Counted from the whole stretch's first letter, positions 1 through 13,284 are shown. The stretch is DNA of 63,769 nt, filler included, from Reticulomyxa filosa (GCA_000512085.1; 18 parts of 18 records of this genome joined end to end with filler, not necessarily neighbours in it), one strand, 5' to 3'. Made by a program: numbers and translations. Notes: generated by a model from the letters alone, not told the origin.

Positions 1-47
1 TTTTTTTTTTTAAAGGGTCTGTTAACATTTTTATAAAAAAAAATTAA

Positions 48-415
48 CGTCGCAAATATCATTTCCACTTAATTCTTCTTGCCACATTGAGAAAAGGACA
101 ACAATATCTCCATTTCGAACAATTTGATCATGCGACCATTGAATCACCTTTGAGGAAATTGGACTGTTGTCCACGCTTATCAATATCACCCGATGGTCCT
201 CTATTTTTCACAATTCAAAATATTTCATCTTGTCTTGTTCACTTATTTTAAGGATTTGCTGTGTGTTGTCTTGTTTAACTTTCTTCACTTTTCTTGATCT
301 TTTCGATATCTCCTAAGATCTGTTCGAGCAAATCCTTGCTTTTCAAATCGACAGCACTTTTGTCGCCTGTTTTCTCTTCATGGGGAATCACTTCATGTTT
401 CAGAGGCTCTGACAT
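48..415 (-). CDS. Universal stress protein (USP) family, 5' part, spliced, runs off the window
   Basis: Not in the ORF track. ATG at 415 (MSEPLKHEVIPHEEK...), GT..AG intron ending at 201, then exon 2 reads KDHRVILISVDNSPISSKVIQWSHDQIVRNGDIVVLFSMW, matching USP beta1-alpha1-beta2 (ILIAVDxSxxSxxAxxW...GDxVVL). Confidence 0.7.
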
Positions 416-806
416 TGTTTTGCAGTATTTTCTATTCTTATCTTAGGTTTTTTCTTTGGGATCTCCGTTCAAAAAAAAAGTGCCTCTTTTTTGTTACTGC
501 CACGTAAAACTAAAAACTTTTATAAATGTTTCAGATTGAATGCATTGTTCAACAACTCAATTTTCAACCTCCTAATCCTGTCATACTATACAAGGAGAAA
601 ATAAGCCAAAATATTTGAAATGAAAAAACGAAAAGGATAACTCTTTGTTTAAATCAGCCTGGCTCAACTATAGTATTTTGATGTTATTTTAGTAGCTAGT
701 GATAGGCTACACCTGTATAAAAAGTCAATCCCTCCGCAAGTGAACGTCAAGGTCCAAAGATACGTTCCGTGACATTTATGACGGGAAATTAAACATTAGA
801 TATCCG

Positions 807-1652
807 ATGTTGATCGTTTTTCGACATTCACAACGGCAAGATCAGGTGTATAACCCCGAAATTGTCTGGAAAGAAAAGTATACACGTCCGTATGATCCTC
901 CAATTTCGGATTTGAACTTGCCGTCCGAAGTGATAAGGAATGATTTGGAGCCGTCATTGTCAAAGCAAAAAGAGTTGATGAAAGTGTTTAAACCAGAAAA
1001 GGTTGTAACTTCTCCGTTTTTGCGTTGCGTACAAACAGCAGCATTAATTGGAAAGTATTATAACATTGACACGTATGAGGTAGATAACAGAATTGCAGAA
1101 GACATAGTGGCAATTGACAAATATATTCAAAGGTCCAATACAAAACTGGAAAAAATATTAAATGGAGAAGATGCAGGGAAGACAGAGGACAAAAAAGAAG
1201 TGATCCTTCCAAGTCAAGTAACTCTAAAAAATTATTTGGATATATCATTGTTGGAACGAAATGCAATTAAGGATATAATCTCTGACCTCACGAAAATGGA
1301 GCATGACAAAATAAAAATAACTTGGACACATCAAAAATTTCCTGTCGATGAAGTAGAGGCTCCAAAGTTAGTTTTGGATTGTGTCAAAGAGTATAGAGAC
1401 TATGTTTCAAACCATGGCAATACTGTGATCATGGTCACTCATGCCAAACCAATGAGTGACATATCTCTGTATTTCAAAAGCATCCCGTGCAATCCAAAGT
1501 ACTGTGGTTGGTTTGTCGTTACATGCAACAACGTCTTTGACGTGCGATCTTCGGAGTACTTAATCGCCCGTAGTGTTTTTCAAAAAAAGAAAAAAAAAAT
1601 TACAGACTCTTCACTTTTTTGCACTACATGGAAGCCTATGGTCACTATTTAA
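807..1652 (+). CDS. Histidine phosphatase / phosphoglycerate mutase family protein
   Basis: LIVFRHSQRQD (RHG-type motif with G>S), VTSPFLRCVQTA and VIMVTH, the catalytic Arg/His set of His_Phos_1. The 3' end may be spliced. Confidence 0.85.
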   Translation: MLIVFRHSQRQDQVYNPEIVWKEKYTRPYDPPISDLNLPSEVIRNDLEPSLSKQKELMKVFKPEKVVTSPFLRCVQTAALIGKYYNIDTYEVDNRIAEDIVAIDKYIQRSNTKLEKILNGEDAGKTEDKKEVILPSQVTLKNYLDISLLERNAIKDIISDLTKMEHDKIKITWTHQKFPVDEVEAPKLVLDCVKEYRDYVSNHGNTVIMVTHAKPMSDISLYFKSIPCNPKYCGWFVVTCNNVFDVRSSEYLIARSVFQKKKKKITDSSLFCTTWKPMVTI

Positions 1653-1942
1653 GTTTTCTCTTTTTTTCTTGCAAGCACAGCATCCACTATAGTTTTTTTT
1701 GTAACGTAACTAAGATTTGAAAAAGATTAAACAACCCAGTACAACGCAAATTTAAATTGGTTAGCAACAAAAACACCTTTTTTCAGTCAAATGGATAATT
1801 TTCAAACAGAAACACGTTTCAAGTGCAAAACAAAAGTAAGCACTTCTGTAAATTAAATTTTCTTTGAAAATCAAGGGTCAGGGTAAAAAGACAAAATAAT
1901 TATTCCATATACATAACCTCGAAAAAATCTGAATCCAGTCAC

Positions 1943-2674
1943 ATGCAACATTGGTTTGAAATTTGTATAACTATTGCACTTGCAATTAGTTTAACGCACG
2001 GTGCAGATCAAATATCATTGAACGGTAGTCCGAAACAAGGCTCCGTAAAAATGAACAGTTACAATTACTACTACTTTATATCGCAGCAGTCTGGAAACGT
2101 AGAAATCGTGAACAAGGTGGTAAGTGGAAGTCCCTATGGAGTATGGACTTATGTCGGCCGTGACTACGAGCCATATGATGGAAAATCGGACTGGAGTCAA
2201 GGTGCAATCAGCGGATATCCGGCCGATTTCTTTGTAGACAATATCCAAATTAATGCAACCTATTACATCAGCGTTCAAGGTATTGGCAATAGTGATACAT
2301 ATAGCTTGACTGCGGTGTTGACCCCGCACTCGTATATTCCGCCGACACAATTGACAATGAATGACCAGCCATGGACAAGCAATGTAAATACTGATTATCA
2401 ATACACTGATTTTTATTTGGACGTCTCCACTAACGAGAATTTCACCGTGAGTGTCTATGTGAATAGTGGTGATGTTGAGAGTGGGGATGTCGTATTGTTG
2501 GTGTCACCAAACGGAGTACTTCCAAGAACTGGGAACTACGAGTGGCAATTAGAATTGACAAAGTCTCAAACTTGGCAAAATTTGCTCATTCCATTTGCCA
2601 GAGAAGGCACTTATGGAATTTCTGTTTGGGCAACTCATGCAATTCAGTTCTATATTAAAGCGTTTACTTCTTAA
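1943..2674 (+). CDS. Secreted protein with two PPC-like beta-sandwich repeats
   Basis: Intronless 243-aa ORF with a signal peptide (MQHWFEICITIALAISLTHG|AD). Two aromatic beta-rich repeats (YNYYYF...TYYISVQG; YTDFYL...TYGISVWA). Fold assignment is inference. Confidence 0.6.
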   Translation: MQHWFEICITIALAISLTHGADQISLNGSPKQGSVKMNSYNYYYFISQQSGNVEIVNKVVSGSPYGVWTYVGRDYEPYDGKSDWSQGAISGYPADFFVDNIQINATYYISVQGIGNSDTYSLTAVLTPHSYIPPTQLTMNDQPWTSNVNTDYQYTDFYLDVSTNENFTVSVYVNSGDVESGDVVLLVSPNGVLPRTGNYEWQLELTKSQTWQNLLIPFAREGTYGISVWATHAIQFYIKAFTS

Positions 2675-2965
2675 ATTCTTTTTTTTTTTCAGTCAACTCA
2701 TCCATGACTAAAAATCTTTGTCCTTCAAATCCTGATTGAGAATAACTCACGGTTTGTACACTCAAAATTTATCTATTAAATTTGTCAGTTATTAAATTAA
2801 CTTATCTTTTATTGTAAAATATCTTCTTTTGCCATGTATTCTCTCGCAAAATTGGTATAAACACCAAATAATGAATTCAAACACAAGATCTGTTGCCAAT
2901 TGAACGTCAACACTTAGCAAGGCTTTTTCAATATCTCCAAAAAAAAATTAATTGGCATATACCAT

Positions 2966-4024
2966 GGCGAAATATGATCAAAATATACAAAATGAACTCA
3001 ATCTCTTGGCCAAGTATCAACAGCAACTAAAGGAAGCCAAAGAGCAAAGGAAAACACAGCAAGACGAGGTGCAAAAAAATTTGGACAATACCTTCCAAGT
3101 GTTACGTCGAAAATTGCGAAAGCAAGAGAAAGAATTGAAAAATCTGATTGAAAAATTGTACAACGACTCAGAAAAAGATCTCTGCGTTTTTGAAAAAGAG
3201 CTTACCACGTGTCAAAATCAAGTTTTGTCTCCACAGCGTATTGAAACGGTGGCCAATAGTTTCCTCTCTCTCTTCTTTGGCCATGGTTTAACTGTTGTTT
3301 GCGCAAAGCAAAATTTGAAGTTGTACGGGGGGGGGGGAAAAAAAACAGCTGCAAGAAAAAGGATCTACCGCGAGTACCTTGTCCCAATTGGATACGGCAG
3401 TTCTCACCAAAAATCCATTTGAAAAATATTTTGAACATCAAAAAAAAATTCAATCCGTTAATCACAAGCACATACAAAAAAAAAAAAAGAAACAAGAAGG
3501 AGGGAAGGGGGCCAGGAGGGGAACAAAAAAAGAATTTTTTTTTACTTGGGACAAAAATTCAATCTAGAGGTCAAATTTCCAAAACGTAGCCAAAGGGATG
3601 TAAAGAAAAACAAAAAATGTTTTCGATTGAATAGACCGCAGAAGCGCATTTTCAACAAATATTTGGGCCTTTAACTGATATTGTACATTCCTCGGGTAAC
3701 CGAACAAAAGATATACCTGAAGCCAACCCTGAAGATGGTGTGAATTTTTTTTTTTTGTGTTGTACTCCTCGCTTTTTGCCATGCAAAAAAAAAAAAAAGA
3801 GGCAAAAATGTCATATCTTTTGACCGGCCTGATCATCTAATCACTCTTTTTTTTTTACAGTTTTTGAATTTGGACCCTTAAAACTGAACCCTATCCAAAG
3901 ACAAGTGACTGACGTTGAGAACAGAAACTCTGCAGACCATATCGACCCTCTCCAATACGAAGAGCCGCCTATCTTTACTTCGATAAAGCGACAAACGACT
4001 GATGTGGAAAACACTGAAAACTAA
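2966..4024 (+). CDS. Hypothetical coiled-coil protein, multi-exon
   Basis: First exon is a strong heptad coiled coil (resembling a TRIM/BBC-type coil). Downstream exons are uncertain. Confidence 0.45.
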
Positions 4025-5068
4025 TAGTTTTTTGTCACTACACTTGTTGAATATTGTGTTTTCGAACATGTAGTCTTTTAGTTTTGTTGTGGAATATTTT
4101 CCTCCACAAACAACAAAACATGCCACAAACATTAGCTCTTTCCTCTTCGGACCGTTTTCCCTTGTATTTTATCCGTACACAGCATGTGACAGCAAATTTC
4201 CAAGTGAAAACAATAATTCATTTGTGCGGCATATTAAATCTGCTTTTATATTTAAACGTGTTTCACATAGTCAATGGGGTTAGATTAGAATAAATGTTTC
4301 ATTAATACTTTCTATTGAGAATAATGAAACTAGATTGTTACTTAAAGTAAATCCTTGCCAGAATCACTATTTAAGGTTTAAGGATTATTTCAAATTGTGA
4401 TGCTCGATACACATTCTTTCTCTTGTTCACACTGGTTCAGGATTTATTTTTTTGAAACTAGTTTATTTGTAGAGTTAGCACAAAACAGAAGAAAAGGAAA
4501 AAATGCTTATTTTATTATTTGAAATTGTCTGACTATTTTGAAATAGGCAATCTTGTTAATTTTACAAACTGGCGAGCTTATGAGAAGCAAGCGCCACTGT
4601 CCATTGTACAGTGAGTTTTGTCTCTTAAAAGTACAGTCACAGGACATAGAAGTTCTTTAAAATTAACTCACTCTAAAGTTAAATTTCTTCACTTAAAAAA
4701 CCCTACCATCTTTTTTATCTTCAAAACATACTCTTTAAATTGCATTATCCTCCGATGGTCCCACAGAGGTTATAATAAAACAACAAATTGTTACATATTG
4801 TAAAAACTATTCCAAACGGTATAAAAACATCTCTTTTAAAATTCATTTAGAAACTGCTACTTAATAACCACTTTACACGTTTGAGTGATTAGTGAATAAA
4901 CTTGTAACGGTGGCAATAAAATTTTGTCTTGTCAAAGTGAAGTATTTTTATTTTTTTGTTTAGATATGAATTCAAACACTGTTTGAACGAAGTAAAAGAT
5001 ATCAAAAAATAGAGTCTACGAGACTCACGAAAGTTACACCAAACATACTACATTTTTAACTTAGAATA

Positions 5069-5577
5069 ATGAAAAGATTTGATTCGGCGAGTAATGACGA
5101 AAAATCCAGTGTAACGGATGATAATTCAATAGGAAAATACCAGCAGAACCAACGGCAGTCGTTAACTTTGGATACTGTTATCGCGAATCCGGGATTTTCT
5201 AGTGTTCAGCCTTGGAAATGTCCGATCCACAGCGGTGATGGCAAGTGTTGCAGCGATTACATTTCAGAGCAATGTCCGGGATGGGATGGAAACTATTTTG
5301 TTTTTGTCCACACGATTCCTGAGTCAATCGTCAACAGCAAAGAATGGGTACAAATTTTGTAAATAAATGAATAAAAAAAAAAATGTATGCAAAAAATGTG
5401 TTCATGATGGATTTTATTTCAAACTATATAACATATGCAAACGAACAGAAATTCAAGTTTATTTTGGTGTTTGAGCATCATTGCAAGTTTTATGGTTACC
5501 CTATCCGGACCTCGTATGAAGCATTGAAAAACTTGGAAAAAAGAATTAAGACTGAGGTAATTTATTTATTTAAATGA
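5069..5577 (+). CDS. Hypothetical protein, 5' exons, truncated by spacer
   Basis: Two adjacent ORFs separated by an intron-like AT-rich gap; no family recognised. Confidence 0.4.
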
Positions 5578-5608
5578 TAGGTTATGTGACATGAAAAAAA
5601 AAAAGAAA

Positions 5609-5708
5609 NNNNNNNNNNNNNNNNNNNNNNNNNNNNNNNNNNNNNNNNNNNNTTAATTAATTAANNNNNNNNNNNNNNNNNNNNNNNNNNNNNNNNNNNN
5701 NNNNNNNN
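5609..5708. other. Artificial contig spacer N44-TTAATTAATTAA-N44 (first of 17)
   Basis: Identical 100-bp linkers with stops in all six frames at 5609, 11137, 18320, 20231, 23345, 24783, 27501, 28815, 29929, 31353, 33247, 35670, 49534, 51950, 56027, 59489 and 62324. Confidence 0.98.
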
Positions 5709-6432
5709 ATATACACACCATGATTGCAAAGGCAGCAATAATTCATTGCATCCCCCCCTTTTTTTTTTTACAGTTACCCTTTTTTTTTTAATGCCCGCCT
5801 TCCACATTTTTTAAAATACTAGTACCCCCCCATCTTTTTTTTTTTTTGGATTTGTGTCCATTTCTTTTTTTTTTTTAAATTGTAGTATTTTTTATCAATA
5901 CAGACAGCATAAACTTGTTGATCTTTTTGCACGTCTCAAATGATAAATAATTCCGTAAACGGCAGACCCCAACAAGAAGTAAACGTTGTCTGTGTCCTGA
6001 AACGTGCTGGCTGGTTATAGTTGATAATACAAGACAAAAGGATCCAATAATTGTTTCATGTTTGTGAAATGTGAAATTTTTTCTCAATAAGAAAAATTCA
6101 AAAATGTGCAGAAGATGAAGGAGTGCTAAATGTCTTTTGACATTGTAAAAAATTTCTTGTTTTTAAAATTTTTCAAAAAGATCGTTATAAGTGAAATGAC
6201 TTTGGAGCAATTAAAAACATAACTTTAAAAACTTTTGTAAAATGTCGAATGTGAAAACGTAAGTTATTCAATATTTTGCCCGATTTCATTATTGGCATGA
6301 TTCATTTTTTTTTTTTTTTTAATTCAGTTACAACGATGCGGTTAAAATGAGCGAATGGATCAATTTTATGGTTTGTCTGTGAGAAAACCAAAAAAACACA
6401 TTGTACTACAAATGAGCTAAGATAAAACTTGG

Positions 6433-8449
6433 CTAAACTTCTTTTGTCAACAGTTGATTTGCTTTCTGTGTCGCACTGTTGAATGGAAATACGCGTTTAT
6501 ATCCCCCAATTTTTTTATTCTGAAATTCCGTCTTCTCATTATTGGTTGTTCTGTGTTCGTCATTAGTTTTGTTAACCACGAACGCACTCACACTACGAAT
6601 TTGTCTGTTCTGAATTCCTTTTCTTTCTTTTGTGTTGTTGTCGTCAATTTCTTGCAAGTCATGGTTTGTAGCATTTTGAATTTGAGAAGTCCGAGCCAAT
6701 ACATTAGTGGCTCTATCATTAGCTTTAATGCCTACGTCATCTCCTAATGTGACATTGGCTCTTTTTTTGCTCGAGTTGGAGTGTTTTTCAACTCCAATAC
6801 ATTCAATTAAATCATTCAACATTGCCTGTTTTACCCGAACATCAGTTCCCATTTTTTTTTTTTTTTTTTTTGAAGACAATATTGCTATGTGCTTTCTTAA
6901 AAAAAAAAAAAAAAAGTTTTGAAACTTGTTTGACAATGGAATCCACATCCCCAGAAACAGCAATAGCAGGTGACCCGTTCACTTCCAATAACCAGCATTG
7001 GCAATGCTCTGAGAGATCATTTTGCAATAAGTTTATAGTGAATAAAAACTAAATATTCAAAACAGTTTTGATTTAAAGAAAAAAAAATTCTTTGTTACCG
7101 TCTATCAAAATATCAAACCCGAACAACTCGAAACAATTATTTGATTGCTGGACGTCTTTAACGATTGGTAAGAAAGTTAAAATACTAATTTCACAAATCC
7201 TTTTCCACAACTCATCCACGTCAATTTTTTTTTCTGTTTTCAAATATTCCCAAAGCTTGGATAATGTCCATTTGCTGCCACTTCCAATTACCTCCTTTTC
7301 TAGACCGAACGTACCCGACCATTTATTTAACGATGTGTTCGTCAAATGCACGTAATGGTTAGCCAAGTCATCAATTTTATATCTTTTGTTTCACACAGGC
7401 AAATGTTTGAAGGTATTTTTTAAAAAATTAGTTTAAAAAAAAGTGAAAGATCTCTCGACGCCATGCACATTTACCGAACTTTTCAGTGCTGAAGCGTGCA
7501 ATCCCTTCTTTGTAAATCCAAATCTGCAACGGTCGGAAAGACGTTATCAGTACATATCTGATTTTTTTGTGTTATTGTTCTTTTTCCTAATAAAACTAAT
7601 CTCATCCGAAAACGAAACATTCTTAAGTCAAATTTATAACCTCCCACCAACAACGGCCTGTCTATGTACCGCTGCACGACGACACTGTTATTTTATTATT
7701 GTTTTATTTAGCAATGACTAAAGACTCTAAGACAACCAAAAAAGTTCTGGGTAGTCATCGTCTAAAAAAAAAAGTAGCTGTTTATATCTCATCATTGGGC
7801 ACTTAACGATTGCTTGCAAGCAAATTCTGTGATATTTTTGAAAATTGTAATATCTTTTCCACGACGTCCACAACAGGGCTTTGCAATCCAAATTCTGTCA
7901 CTTGTGCCGTTTGTTTCGTCTGTGTTTGTGTTAGTTCTGTCATTGTTTTCATCATTGTCTCCTTCTTTATTGGCTTTGGTCATTGAAACAAATTCCGAGT
8001 ATTGACTGGGAAATATCCAAGTCTCTGGAAAATACTCATATATTTTTCCAAAATTGCTTTTCATCCGGCGCAAATTACGAATCAACCAGTCCTGTTGTTA
8101 TGTGCAAGATAACAAAATTGAGGATGCAAAAAATTGGAAAAAAACAATGCCTTCTAAACTTTTTTTGTGATTATGTTGCTTTTGCCAAAATGATTAACAA
8201 ATTGACTCGGACGCAATGAATATAAGTCTTTTGTTGGAAATCTTTTCGTGCTCCAAAAGAGATCCCATTCATCATCTGAATGGGTTGAAGAATTCCACTC
8301 TATCCATCCTTAAAAAAAAAGCCATCTTAGGAGTGAGTTGCAAACCTGTTTGTTTTTACAACCTTACCTCTACTTTTCAAGACCTGTCCTAATGAGGGGG
8401 CGACTTCATCACCTAATCGATAAATGTGTTTTGTTTTGTTGCTGCACAT
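6433..8449 (-). CDS. TTLL2: Tubulin polyglutamylase, TTLL2-like, multi-exon
   Basis: Exons give VNHFGKS..IT.K, YFPETWIFP, WIAKP...RGKDI, VQRYIDRPLLVGGYKFDLR, HLTNTSLNK, KEVIGSGSKWTLS (TTLL2-type), NCFELFGFDILID and WLLEVNGSP. Confidence 0.88.
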
Positions 8450-8943
8450 CGTTCAGAAGATTATTTGAAAGACCTTTCAATATAATTGTCGGAATGACTT
8501 ATTTTAGCTGAAACTACTTTGACGCAATTGTTTGTATAGAACACGTTAAGCGCAAAACAAAATAAGCAATATGCCACATTCGAATAAAATAATAATTTTT
8601 TAGTGTTGCCCAAGCTATTGACAATGCGAGCCTGGCACTTTGTAAAAAAAGTGTTCACATATATTGTTGTGCATTCCACTGAATAAGCATTAGGCAAAAT
8701 TTTTATTTCAGAAGGAACCAAGAAAAAGAGATATGTACGAGTAGTAGTTTAAGGGGTTGTTTAAATTAAGAATTGTTTGCTTTTGTATTTCTCTCAGCAT
8801 CCATGAAGATCAAGGAAGGAGGAAAATTTGCAAAATTTTGGGTGGGTGAAAAAATACAAAAAAGAAAAAAAAATCTTTTTTCTTTTTGTATTTCCGACAC
8901 AACATAACACATTTCTAAAAGGAAAAAAAGAACACAGCAGCTT

Positions 8944-10412
8944 TTAATGCGATTTCAATTGTGAAACTTGCTTGTCATGAGCACGAGGCGCTCGGAAATA
9001 TTCAATCGGTACTTTTTTACTAGATGAGTGCCGAGTTGAGAAATGAACATCACGATAGCGATTGAAAGACCATCCCTCTCCCATTGGAATATTTCCTCCT
9101 TTTTCTGTCAACTCCTCCAACCAAATAAAAAACACTTTCATGACATCAGGGTTAACTTCTTTTAATAAAGACTCCAATACTGATATATTGACTCGCCTTG
9201 TCTGAATATTTTGAATAAATGAGCAAATGAATATATGTTGTGACCAAATTTTAGCAAACAAAACTAAAGATATATATATATATATATATGTATATGTATA
9301 TATGCATATATATAAATGCAAACCATGACTAATTGTTGCAGCTGCTCCAACTGCACAATTGCTTGTCGACACAGTTTTAAGTCTTCTGGTGTGAGATCAG
9401 TGGTTCGAATACGGCTGCGCCATTTGAGATGTTCTTCTTTACTTTCAAAGAAGAGATACCTCCACTTCACAATGTCATTTTTCCATTTTCGCAAGCCGGA
9501 ATCGAAGTTGATTTTCCCAGACTCGTATGTCAGCCGTCGGCAGTGATCGACACGGTCGTAAAAATCTCTATACACTTTCCATTTCTTTAAGTGTTCCTCG
9601 CGTTTTCTTATTTTATCCCATTTGGGGCCAAGTATTTTCGGGAGCATTTCCTCGATGAATTTGTTTTGGTATTCACTCTCTTTATCATCAAAAGCAAACA
9701 AGCAAAAAAAAAAAAAAAAGTACCAATATCGTTCACAACTCCAACTATTTGTATTGATAACTACATATAGTGTAACCCTCAATTACCATTCAAAGAAGTC
9801 AAAGTATAAGCATTGGGTGGTAAATGGTCTTTAAACACGTTGGACAAAATCGAAATGATTTGGGAGGAATTCAATTGTTGTGCATTTTTTAAGAGTTGCC
9901 AGTATTGTGGGCGTGTGAGTAAGGAGATATCTTCATACGGGTCTATTTCATATTGGATCAAATGTGCGGCTTTAAATATCGGAGAACGATCGATATCTTT
10001 GTTTTTTCTTTGCTCAATGGTTTTTGACCAATCCAATTCGTACCAATAATTGGGAAACAAACTCCCTTCCTTTTTTTCATACTCCATGCTCTCTTCGCTG
10101 TAGGGGGCGTACGATGATTGAGTCCATGGAGCCGACTGTGGCAATACATCAACATTTGAGATTTCATTCAAACAAAATTACATTCACACAAATACATTTT
10201 TTAAAAAAAACAAACAAAATCAGACCTCCTTTGTGAATTCGTCCAATGTGTCATTTTTCCGAACAGTCCATAGAATGGGTTGGTTTGTGATTGTGGTACT
10301 CTGTTGGTCAGGTTTCACTTTACGGTGTTGGAAAAACATATCCGAATGTCGAAACATGCTATCCACCAAATCATATTCGCCTGTCTTTGGCAATCCTGGA
10401 TGGCATTCATCC

Positions 10413-10458
<46 letters not shown>

Positions 10459-11101
10459 TTTCAAAGCGAAATAAGAAAGGTCGCATGAACATTTAAACCA
10501 CAATACATAATAATAATAAAAAAAGTATTGAGAGAGATTCAATGCCAATAACTTCATGATCCAGAAAGTCCATATTTAATCGGTCAAAAGTTTCTTTGGT
10601 GATCCAATTTTCGGAAGGCTTTTCCCATAACATTTCCCGAACAATGTCTCTGCGTTGTTCGCGCTTGTTGAACTCAACTATATCTTCTTTTTTTTTTTTT
10701 TTTAATTAAAAAAAAAAAATTTGCAAATGTTCCAGAAAAATTTCCATCTTTTTTTTAGTTCAATTGGAATTTTGGTTTTTCGTTCTGCCCCTCCCCCCCC
10801 CCCCCCCCTTGCCCCTTTCTCCCCTTTTTTTTTTATGTGTGTTTATTTCTTACACTTGTCTTTGCTTGTCCATACGTATACGTGCCTTCGTTGCCGTGTT
10901 GGCCGCATCCAGTGCGCCAAGCCTCACATTCGTAAGCCTCGTGCGCTCGCGTGATTGGGCTTCTTTCAGCGCTTGGCGATACTTAATTAATGTATTGCCA
11001 TCATTATTGTTTTGTTTTATTGTGTTTAGAAAAGAAAAAAGAAAAAAGAAAAAAAACAAACAAACCATGTGTTCATCTGCCAAGCGAGTGTATTCTGCCA
11101 A
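8944..11101 (-). CDS. Hypothetical protein, multi-exon, 5' truncated
   Basis: Series of coding-like minus-strand segments (10850-11101, about 10230-10410, 9779-10171, 9330-9690, 8944-9200) separated by homopolymer or microsatellite introns; no family recognised. Confidence 0.5.
10417..10455 (+). repeat. (ATT)n microsatellite, intronic
   Basis: Directly visible trinucleotide run. Confidence 0.9.
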
Positions 11102-11413
11102 TTTTTGTCGAAATTTGTCGTGATATTCTTGTTTGTNNNNNNNNNNNNNNNNNNNNNNNNNNNNNNNNNNNNNNNNNNNNTTAATTAATTAANNNNNNNN
11201 NNNNNNNNNNNNNNNNNNNNNNNNNNNNNNNNNNNNGCACATGGATCCTTCAAATCAATCACAATCATGCATTTCCCCCCCTTTTTTTTTTTAAACTTCA
11301 AAAAATGACGTGTTCAAAAACTCCCCCCTTTTTTTTTTAAAAAAAAAAAAAATTTCTAATGTTAAAAAAAAAAGGAGGAGTCTCTTGAAAAAGGCTAAAT
11401 AAAAAAAGAAGAG

Positions 11414-12479
11414 TCAAATGAAAAACGAAACTTGCCACTGCAAATGGAAAAGTAAGAAGTTTGGAGAAGTGAGAAGCGAGCTAGGGATTTCCCAAAATGC
11501 ATCGGCCCAATCAGGCTGTGGTTTTTGGACATTCCATTGTGGAACATCGATTTTCAATTCGGTAATAGCATTGCTAATTTGGTCATCTGTGATGTGATCA
11601 AAAGGGCTTTTATTAGTCGTCGGATCCACACTTGTCAACAATGACGACGCACTGCTCACACTATTCTCCTTCGAACTTTCTTTACTTTTCCGGTTTTTTT
11701 TATTTTACCCGACCTATATATATTTTTTTATTTCCATCTTATTTTTTTTTTTTTTTTTTTTGGATTAATTTAAAAATATCAATGTGTCATTTATTTTTGT
11801 ATACAAACTTGTTTTTAAGGTCAAATCCCTTATTTTCTAAATAGCGTTGAACAGCGGGGTCATCTAAAATACCTTTGCGGACATTACGATAATGTTGTTT
11901 CTTGTATTGCAAGACGACCAATACTGCCAATCCATATAACACTTTTTTTTTTTTTTTGAGGTTGTTTAATGATTGTGTTTTGATGCACTTTTTTTTTTCT
12001 CAAATTTTTTTTTTTTTAACATGCAAGGACGAAAAGAGGGTGCTCTTTTGGTGAATCCATAGATGTTCGAATTCGCAGATATTGATCATACTCGCTGCGC
12101 AGTCGCGAGTCGGATAATATTTCATAGGCTCGGTTAATCTTTACATATTTTTCACGGTCGGCCTGTGTTTGGTTTGGATTTCTGTCTGGATGGCTTTTTG
12201 ATTTTTTTTTTTTTTTGTTATTGTTATTGTTGTTGGAAAGTTACTGTCTTTAGCTTATTCAAACCATGTGGAGAAGGAAGAAAGTGCAGATAACTATTCT
12301 AAAGATAAATTGTTGTATCTCGTTTTGATCATACGATGGTCGACGGTTTGGTCCAAACCCAACACGTCATAACAGTTGTCCTCATAGCACCACTCCCGTT
12401 TGACTTTTTCATCTTCTTCACAAGAGGCCAAATGAAACAGCAGGAAACATAGTAAGCTTAATACCAAACCTTTCCACAT
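11414..12479 (-). CDS. ER membrane DnaJ protein, DNAJC25-like, multi-exon, 3' truncated
   Basis: Signal peptide, then WCYEDNCYDVLGL...RYNNLSLE, HPDRN...KINRAYEILSD..LRSEYD (J domain with HPD), a TM segment and a C-terminal KPQPDW region as in DNAJC25. Confidence 0.8.
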
Positions 12480-13284
12480 TGCAGATTGATGATGAGAATT
12501 AGGCAGTCTCAAAAAAAAAAAAAATGTTGAGATCCCGCCCAACTGCCTTTTTATTTTTAAGGTAAAAAAAACAGTTTACGGGTCTGTAGTTTTTTTGAAA
12601 ACAATTGAAACTTGTGACATGTTATTGTTGACAAAAGAAAGATAAAAATATTACAAGTAACTTCAACATAAGCATACGCATCTCTTTAAAACAGTTGACA
12701 GTCTTTTAAACAACAAAAGTGTGTTCCCCATAATTTCAAGTTCAACAGCAACAGTTTCACAGTTTTGAAAGAGAAAAAGGAAAAAAAGAAAGAATGGAAA
12801 AAAAAATTGAAGAAAAGAAAATGGTTGAGAATATGTCAACCACCACTGGTAATAAAAAATAAGAAAAAACACACTCCAGAGTAAAAAAAAAGAAAGAGGC
12901 TCGAAAAAAAAATCAATGTTAAAACAAAATACTGTTTTTTTTCTTTTGTCTCCGCTAGTCTTTTTTCATTTGTCCACGCGAAAGAATTATTTTTCAGGAT
13001 AAATGCAAAAATTTTTTATGAAAAAAATTTTTTGAGGTCGATTTTGTGGCTCATTGTTTTTAAAGGGCAAGAGACTCAAGACAAACAAATACGAGTGCAT
13101 GCGCATAGACAACAACATTTACAATCAAACAATACATACACACTTTGACAGGTGTCGGCGCCCCGCAAAAGAGAATCGTTCGTGGCATTCGTAGAAACGT
13201 GTGTTGATTTTGTGTAATAATTCTTTGTTGTTTGAATGATTTGTAAATAATTGACAACAAATCAACAAATCATATTTGTGATAG

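Noticed and set aside
6822-6963. Apparent duplicated 'VKQ' segment or separate ORF in TTLL2
   Set aside because: Explained by one intron: SIVKQ splices to AMLNDL.
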